A stretch of DNA of 47,682 nucleotides from Ionaspis alba (Eukaryota). Made by a program: the position numbers and the translations under genes. The notes beneath the pieces were generated by a model. It was not told where the DNA came from, searched no databases, and saw only the letters and a program-made list of their open reading frames with translations. This document shows positions 38,438 through 47,682 of this stretch, one piece after another (the first letter of the stretch is position 1; each line of letters begins with the position of its first letter). The stretch is taken from contig CAXUUL010000044.1 of assembly GCA_964255285.1 (NCBI GenBank), forward strand, positions 1 through 47,682, in the 5' to 3' direction.

Positions 38438-38547
38438 TGGAAGGGTGGAAAAGAGCTTTGGAAGCTTTGGAAGCATATTGGAAGGCTTCCAACCACCTTC
38501 CACGGCCCTTCCACCACCCCTTCCGCCGCCCTTCGACCGTGCTTCCG
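38438..38547. repeat. inverted array of TGGAAR and CTTCSR hexamers
   Basis: TGGAAR at 38438, 38446, 38459, 38468, 38479. CTTCCA at 38486, 38497, 38508; CTTCCG at 38520, 38542; CTTCGA at 38531. Confidence 0.8.
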
Positions 38548-40563
38548 TCTTCAAAAATGATCTACGGCGCATCGAAAGCATAATGGAATGGAAGGTCGTC
38601 GCCACGTGCCACCCGAAGCAACGGGAACCCGTCTTTCCATTCAAATCTCTCCAAAACTACCCTTTGCCTTTGGTAGAACAATCGAATATCCCCCACCCTT
38701 CTCATCCCGTCCCAGCTACTGTTGCGATATCCTGGCGGGTTTCAGATTAGTGACGCATGAGGGGATTTCCTTGATGTGATTGAAGCATTGCCAATCATTC
38801 CTTCTATGGCCGATCCGAGCCTGACTGTTGATGAGTGACATGACAGGAGAAAATAGTGTGTACGTAAATTCCTCAAAGTATTAGGTCTTCCCCCCCCTCG
38901 TTGCCTCCTCATGGCCACTTGCACCTCCGCGCTCTTGACAGAACCGTTGCCCTGCAGCAAGAAGACACCAATTCCCGTCAATGATATCCCAGGCATACGT
39001 ATGTCCACTCTACATGGACACCAGTGCTCGGGCAAATCATCCCGTTGAGGCTGTAACAGAAAGAAGCAGGCCGACTATCTAGCGTAGATTTCATGTTTAG
39101 ATGTACTTGTAGACCTTTGGAGCGTCGGATCGTGCCTCCACCAAAGAAGGTTCCATGGTTCCGGCGAAGCTTCGTGGAACTCCGCTAATCCCTCTCCCCC
39201 CTTAGCACTTCCCTATCCACAAGGGCGAAAGGGCAACAACTTCCTGACCGACACTACCATCATTCACGATCTACTATTCCTCGTCCTGCGCCTTGCCCCA
39301 ATCCCTTCCATCTCCTCACTCTGCACCGTTCTCCTTGCGCTCCACCGTCTAGATATGGCCTCGACGTCTGCCCACTACATCCACACCGACGTCACAACAT
39401 CTTTCGTCGAATCGTCTCTCATCGCCATCGCCAGAGTTTCCTTGGGGTTGTTCTCGAACTAGCACACTGGTTTCTCGTGTGGACACTCCTGTCGACGTTC
39501 CTCGATAGAGAGGCAGACTCGATACTCGCCCTCTATCAACACATTTCTTGCTTCTTCGAGTATCCAGTAGTCGGGATCATCTTTTGGCCCAGATCCTGGA
39601 TAATTGATGGGAGATTTTCACAGGTCAAGGTTGATCAGAAACACGTCTTAGACATCGTTGTTTTTGATTCATCAAACCCGCTATTTGGGGTTGCTTGGGA
39701 AATTCTAGTCATCGGGATCGGAAGGTTCGTTCAAAGAGTCGACCACCCTGTTTTAGAGCACAGCACCATGACCCGGGAAGGGAACGCACAAGATTGAAAG
39801 CTCTATAATGAATCTTCAATACTGATTCATGGTCACTAGAAGTGGTGGCTGCGACATTTTCGCACAACCACAGGCAACACAGAATCGGCTGACGAAGCTC
39901 TACTACTTCAATTCATTCATAAGACCTCCTTACCACTACATCACGCTCCACGCATATCGAAAATTTGAATGTTCATTTCAGCCAAGCAGCACCCTCTCAC
40001 TGATCGATCGGGTACCACATACTGGCAAATATTAGTTCTGTTCCCACAAGACCTCGGCACTGGAACGAAAAGCTCTCTAGGGGCAGAAGCTAACGGAGAT
40101 CTATAACACATATTTACCCAGATTTCCGGAACTGGATCAACGTTTCATACACTGGGTGTTCAGCTCATGCTGGTTTGCGCATCTCCAGTTCTCTGGACGA
40201 ACTGTTGGTTCGAGCACCAGCGGATGCACATTCCCGAATTTGGCAGGGTCTTACGTGACTCGAAACTCCCATTCATTGACGGGAATCCAAGACAAGAAAC
40301 CCACCAAATGCGATAGATTAAGGTTCTTGCAGTCAGCGAGCTTCTTTAACCAATGATTTCGCCTCAATAGTGTGGCCGATAAATCAAACGTCTTCTTTTA
40401 TCAGTCTTCAGCTCCAACTGGTATCAGTTCTACCAAAGCCAAGTCACCTCACTCAGCTCGAGTTCTTCCGTGATCTTTGGACACTCCGACGTTCTGGTCT
40501 CTTGACACTGTTAATTTGCAGGATAGGTTACATCTACTGATCTCAAGGAGAGAAACAACTTCG

Positions 40564-40787
40564 GTAAGTTACCTCAGATTTTGATATTAGAATCTAGCCA
40601 TCAAGCTGTCCGGTGTTGGCTGGAAGCCTCCACAATTGGTCAGATCGATCCTCTGTCTTAGATGCGGAATGCACTTATACTGAGCTTCCTACAATTTGTC
40701 CGAACCCCCAATCACACTTGTTATCTCGCATGAACTCTCATAAGGTCTTCAAAACAACCACGTAACATTATGACTGACGATGAGCAG
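40564..40787 (+). other. probable 5'-UTR intron of the C2H2 transcription factor gene
   Basis: Consensus donor G/GTAAGT at 40564, branch TGACTGAC at 40771-40778 and CAG acceptor at 40785-40787, 120 nt before the ATG. Confidence 0.6.
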
Positions 40788-40906
40788 TGAGCTTGCTCGA
40801 TCTTAGGGAGGAAACCTTCGGCTGAGAATATTCAGCTTCAGGTATTTGCATCCGATAATCTCGATACCCAGTCCACGCGCAGCATCTGGATTTCAAGACT
40901 GTCAGC

Positions 40907-42412
<1,506 letters not shown>

Positions 42413-43703
42413 GCAGCCTCGGCTTTCGCTTGCATCTTTTGATTTTGCTTGTCCGGTACCCGTCCAGAGTGTAGTGCTATTCCCTTTCCTGTGCATAGAA
42501 TGATACCCAGCTATTTGGTTTGCTTGGAGTGATAACGAAGACGTTTGCTCTTGTCGTGCTTTAGCGGTCGGATTTGAATTATCTGCTTTTACTGAAGGGC
42601 TAGATAAAAGGGGTGGGGTTGGTGGTGATATGGCGCTATGCATTCGCATAGCTAAGTCTGTACGTCTAGTGGCTGAGTGCTGCAGTATCGCTGGTCAGCA
42701 AGTAAAAGAAGATCCGGATGAAGATAGTTTGAGCACTCTGAACATTCCACGATTGAAATTGAAGGAAGTCACTACGTAATGAACGAATCGTTCTCATCGT
42801 GAACGGAAACCCGGTCCGCTTAGTTTCACTATCAGGAAATCGGGAATCCGGAATCCTTTGTAGGAGAAACCTTTTGGTCACAGTACGACTTCTGCATCCC
42901 CAAAATGGTTCCTGATTATCCAAATGCCAAGACTTTGTCCTGCATCCACAAGACGCTGCTTGCTGTTCATCCCACGATAGTTATAGCATGTGGCCGAGCT
43001 GACAGCACCTAGGACCAACCTTCTCGAGAGCTTTTGTCAAATCGAAATTAGCCGAGACTCTGCCCCTTCCTCTAGGATCGAAAACGTCTCAGCCACTGGT
43101 TTGGCCCTACTGGGCTATGCCCCCTCAGCCACGGGCTGCTAAGTGATCGTCCAGATCGTCTGGTTCTGATCCGAGGTATTTTCGAACATCGCTTATCACA
43201 GTGACAAAAACTACTTATTCTAACATGGTGCGACTGGGAGTAGTGTAGATGCGCGAAGGTTCGTCCCTGTGATTGGTCTAAATCTTTGATACTTTTCGCT
43301 CAGCAGACTGGAGCGCCGCAGTGTCTATCTCTGCTCACTCTGCGAGTTGCGAGGGCTATGGGTGGAACTGTTGGTGCAATGCTGAGTACTTGTGCCTGGA
43401 GATTGGCTTGAGCCGCTATGAACAGTGCCGCGTTCAGGTGCGGCACACGAAAAACAGCAGTCTGAAATATAAGGATGCTAGAGGATCCAGCGTCGTGGTG
43501 AGGGACGAGAAGGCTGTTATTCAAACTTTGGTCACGTTCGGTTGTTGATACTTGCGATTGGTAAAGTCATTTCTCTATTCTCTACGCATTCATTATATTC
43601 AACTCGGTTGGAATTTCCTAAACCTGCGATTTTCGTCACTTTTTCCACATATCATTCCCACAGAACCATTGCTCGCCTTCGATCCTCGATTTTTTTATAC
43701 ATA

Positions 43704-44171
43704 ATGGCGCCTCCACCAATTCCAGCAGCTCATCTTCTGATACCCAGAGCCGTTTACCTTGGACCAAACGGGCGTATGAACACGACCGCTAGTCAAAACA
43801 ACTGCGATCAAACCTGCAAGATCATCCTACCTAGTGTTATTATACCAACACTCCTTCTAGCCTTCTTGTTCATTGGCTATGCGCATTGGCGACCACATGC
43901 CCGGGGGTTGAAGAACTCGGCTGATCAAGCACCACCTGCCACGGAAATGTTCAAGAAGCTAAGATATCGCGACATGGTCCGGGGCTGGTTTAGCAAGGAG
44001 GGCAAAGACAGAGAAGGCGCAAACGTTGCAGGGAGTGAGATGAATACTAGAATAGAAGGAAGGAAGCTTGGTAGTCTAAGGAAAGATCCTAGAAGGAGTG
44101 GATATGTTGATATGGAGCAGGGCGTTCTGGTAGTAGAGGGAGCAAAGGAAGTTAAGGAGGCTAAATCATGA
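43704..44171 (+). CDS. small single-pass membrane protein (155 aa)
   Basis: ATG in ATAATGG context. One hydrophobic helix IILPSVIIPTLLLAFLFIGY preceded by CDQTC and followed by a basic tail. No family recognised. Confidence 0.6.
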   Translation: MAPPPIPAAHLLIPRAVYLGPNGRMNTTASQNNCDQTCKIILPSVIIPTLLLAFLFIGYAHWRPHARGLKNSADQAPPATEMFKKLRYRDMVRGWFSKEGKDREGANVAGSEMNTRIEGRKLGSLRKDPRRSGYVDMEQGVLVVEGAKEVKEAKS

Positions 44172-44903
44172 CCTAAAAGATCAAGAGAAGTCGGTGCATT
44201 GGGAATCGTGCCCGAAATCCCAGAGAAGGTTGTGCAAAGATAAGCGACTGGAGATTCGGGGTTTATCTTTATTAAAGGGAGCGATGGTGTGGCGTTCTAG
44301 GATCACTTCTCGGATGGCGTAACAAAACCACGGATCGACAGAGATTTACATATCGGCTAGAATAGCCCATTAGAAGAGTTCCTTTCAGCCTGACATAGAA
44401 AATTGGACTTACGTTTCTCCTGTGCAATTGATCAGCAGAAAGGAAACAACATTCATCCAGAAGCCGGATAAGGAAGCCCACAGTCAAGCTCACTCCACAG
44501 TATCCAAGATCCTGCAACGAACACGCAAAATCCCTCTTCCAAGAGAGCCTGACTACTTCGTGTAATGGCAAAGCTTGATAGAGACAACGAAGCCCACGAC
44601 GGTCTCCATTTCCCACAAGTCAAGCAGACAACAGGCAGAAATACTAATGCTACCCCTCGAAATAGCGCCGTACATGAGCCGTTATAGCGGCAGTAGCTAT
44701 TTTAGATGATTAAACTGATAGACTTTTTGATGTTGACAACAATTAAAGATAGATACGCGTAGTATATTGAGAAGGTGCGGTGGAGCATCCTTTCATGACT
44801 TACGACATGCCACTTGGAACTGTCAAAGGTTCGATTGGACAATAGTTCCGTTTTTGATATCTGCGCGGTATTCGCCTTCTGCTCCATTAATGATACGTAC
44901 GCG

Positions 44904-47682
44904 TTAATCAACACACCATCGTCCGTTCTCTCCAACAGGCTGTCCCTCGAAATCATGATAAAACCATTCGGCCACGATTCGCCAGAACAGTCCGACGATT
45001 TCATCGTTGTCCCCAAACAGCAGCTTGATCGCGCTCACAAGCTCAGGATCCTTGAGCGCATCGTTTGCCACTTCCTGCATTCGCGCCTTCATTGCCGACG
45101 TAGCAACATTGTACTCCTCACTGGCTACAACGGTGGCGTGAGATCCAGACGTTTGAGATGTTTCGTTCATTGCGCTGGCTTTATCTGGATCTTCTTCGAC
45201 GACTGTCTGTTGAGTCTTGTTCGCGATACCTGTTTGACGTTCTCGCTTCGTTAGATCCGGCATAAGGCGTACCACCTCCGCGATCGTCGGGTCCGACCTC
45301 AGTTGTCTTGCAAGCCGCTCAGCGGTGTCGTATAACACTTTTTCCGAGGGCAGCATATCGGTGACGATAACATGACATTTTGATTTCACATATAGCACGC
45401 CTTCCCTGACTTCATCCACATTCACGAACAAGCCATCCCACTTCCTCTGCGGTACATTATCTGGGCTTTCTCTTAGTAGTATGACTGCACAAGGTCCTTG
45501 ATGCATCATATCATGCAACAGCGGTGTGCTTGCACGACGTTGCTCATCAGTCTCGTTGCCTTGGGACAAGATGTGCGTAGCAGCGACGACATCGTACCGG
45601 CGATTCTCAGATCCAGTGAAAAGGAGGTGCCATTCCGGAATCTGGGGCAGGAAGGACCATGGATTTCGAGGTAGCCCATCGTTGTGCGAACGAAGGGAAA
45701 GAGTGAAGCCTGGAAAAGTGGTCAAGAGGCCGGCAGGATGGATGGTGGCGAGTTTAGGATTAAGCCAACGTTCCATGCGGGTACTCGGGCTGTAGAGGTC
45801 TTGGCCAGTGGTTGCGAGAAAGGTCTGAGGTACCCAATGCTTGCCGGGTTCGGAGAGTCTAGGTTGTTCAAACGTGACGATCTGTTGGGGAATCCCAGTA
45901 TATTTCTCGGCGATGAGATCCCAGACTTCGGCCGTACGGGCTGGCGCGGTCGGTGGTACGCCAAGGAGTTCCTGGATAGGAAGATCTAGGAGGGTAGCGA
46001 TGCAGAGAGGTTCATCGGTAGCGACAGTAGTAGATCGGTGGTGAAGAGCTGAATCGATATACCAGAGTGCTTTGCCGACTGAGGAAGTCTCATTCGTATA
46101 TTTCGAGTAGAAGGACGGCCGGACTGCCCGGTGGTGCGCCACCATATCAAGATTGAACGGCAGATACCTCACGTCGGCTGAGGATTCTTGACTTAGCTGG
46201 ACCATGAGTCGGTCGAGCTCGACCGGTCTGTCTTTGAACTGGATCCAAAGAGAGCGAGCCAATCTTGTTTCTTGCAGAGTCCAAAGTCTGCTCATCCAGC
46301 CTGAAGTAAAGATCCTGGCTAATGTTTCAGTGACGTGGAGCTCGTCGCTTGGAAAGCACTCAATGCTTGCATCAAGGACGAGAACATGTTTAGCATCTTC
46401 GTATGTCCTTCGCATTTGTGCTAGAGCTAATGATTTTGCTTCTGGTGGTGATACCGGGCAACAAAGAGTGTCTAGCCAAATGAGCAAAGGCTTATCCGTT
46501 GCCTTGCCTTCTGACAGCCCAAGCTCTTCAACCACAGTAATTGACTTTTCCAGACTCTTCGCGAGTTTTGAGATGTGTGAAAGCTGACAACGTGGTACGG
46601 AACAAGAGGAAGGGTTACCTAACCCATCCGCAAACATGGGATAGCGCAAGGTATGAGGCATCAGATGTCAGCTCCACGACCTCGATGGAAAGACTTTCGA
46701 TGTCTCCATCCGTCTCGATGAACTTTAGAAGTGGCAGATTCCCCCTTTCCAGAGCAGCCAGGATGTGGGCAGGGTTAGGAGAAGCCGGTGTACAAGAGCA
46801 CTCCGGGGTTCGGTGCTTTGTCTTATATGTCTTGAGATCGATCTGAAATGAGTTACACAACCGCCCGGTACAACTGGAGTGATCGCGTGGAGGTTCCTTC
46901 TTACTCATCCTGCTCAAGAAGTACAGAGACTGGATCGATTGGAGCTTGTCCTTGGCCCTCATTATGTCGCTGGGACACCAGCCACCCACAAGCATTTGAG
47001 TGATTATCTTCGGTCCACAGAAGGTACTGCTAAATGATGTATAGACATTGTTGAGTGATTCATCACCGGCGATCTGGAACGCCCTATTGACTGCGTAGCC
47101 TATGATCTCGCACACGGCTGCGATGGAGAACTTGATTCTCCAATCGAAATCCTCATGAGTTGCCGTGAATACTTGGGAAACCAACAGAAGACATTCGCGA
47201 AGATGCTCGAAATGGTTTTTCTTGTCTCTTGTTGGATGATTCAGGTGAATCTTCCAGGCCTTTACCACTAATGGCATAAGTTTTCGTGTATCCAGAAAGA
47301 TACTCTCGGTCTTAGGATCGCACTCGACCGAGAGCTTCCAGAACTTCGTTACTAGAGGCTTCAAGCTAAGCAGCGACAAGAGTCCACCTTTGGGAGCATC
47401 TGAACCGGTCGAGAGAAAGTCTTCTTCGCGGTAGAAATCTCCCAGAGTCTCATGGATCAGCCCAAAGAACAGCCATGTCTGAAAGAAAACTTCCTGCTCC
47501 TTCTTCGGTGTTGGGTGGATTCTCTCATGATTGGTATACGTTACATAATTTGGAGAATTGACATCAGGAATCATCCAAGGCTTGCCTTTCCTGGCAGGGT
47601 AAGTCAGAAAAGGCCCTCCGTCGTATTTCTCAACGCAGATGTAAGGAACCTTGTCCAGGGTGGTGGGAACTGGCACCCTTGG
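44904..47682 (-). pseudogene. HET-domain (heterokaryon incompatibility-type) protein gene, frameshifted; 5' end outside the window
   Basis: The upstream frame (QTWLFFGL, GWCPSD, H..C....C, YLALSHV) and the downstream frame (ADGLGNP, WLDTLCCP, MRRTYEDAKHVLVLD, WMSRLWTLQE, DEPLCIATLL) abut at 46632. There the Trp codon of the SHVW motif is a single T. May instead be an intact CDS with an assembly error. Confidence 0.8.

Noticed and set aside
38459..38492. Heat-shock element reading of the GAA/TTC array
   Set aside because: Spacing does not match contiguous alternating nGAAn pentamers; the centre is GAAggcTTC.
38445..38750. 101-aa Pro-rich ORF over the TGGAAG/CTTCC array
   Set aside because: GTG start, and the repeat period of about 11 nt does not follow codons, so the pattern is at the DNA level.
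43321..43548. Cys-rich 75-aa ORF
   Set aside because: GTG start, no signal peptide and no splice support.

Overview
This is eukaryotic nuclear DNA from a filamentous ascomycete (Pezizomycotina): roughly balanced GC, short GT-AG introns with CTRAC/CTAAY branch sites, and two 100-N scaffold gaps. I reconstructed 17 protein-coding loci by hand. In order they are KGD1, a DUF3176-like membrane protein, a hypothetical protein, a Uds1-domain coiled-coil protein, a Dsc2-like rhomboid pseudoprotease, a disordered protein with SxIP and RVxF motifs, an F-box/LRR protein, RER2, an orphan ORF, epsin, nudF/LIS1 head-to-head with STU2/alpA, RPL8 head-to-head with an ING/Pho23-like PHD gene, a four-finger C2H2 transcription factor behind about 5 kb of non-coding DNA, a small single-TM protein, and a HET-domain gene frameshifted inside its SHVW motif and cut off by the window edge. 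I found no tRNA, rRNA, CRISPR array or recognisable transposon. The most interesting signals are a richly structured first intron in RPL8 (possible autoregulatory splicing switch), an inverted, helically phased TGGAAG/CTTCC array upstream of the C2H2 gene, the broken HET gene, and a local grouping of microtubule plus-end genes that may include an uncharacterised one. Family calls come from motif recognition only; no database searches were run.
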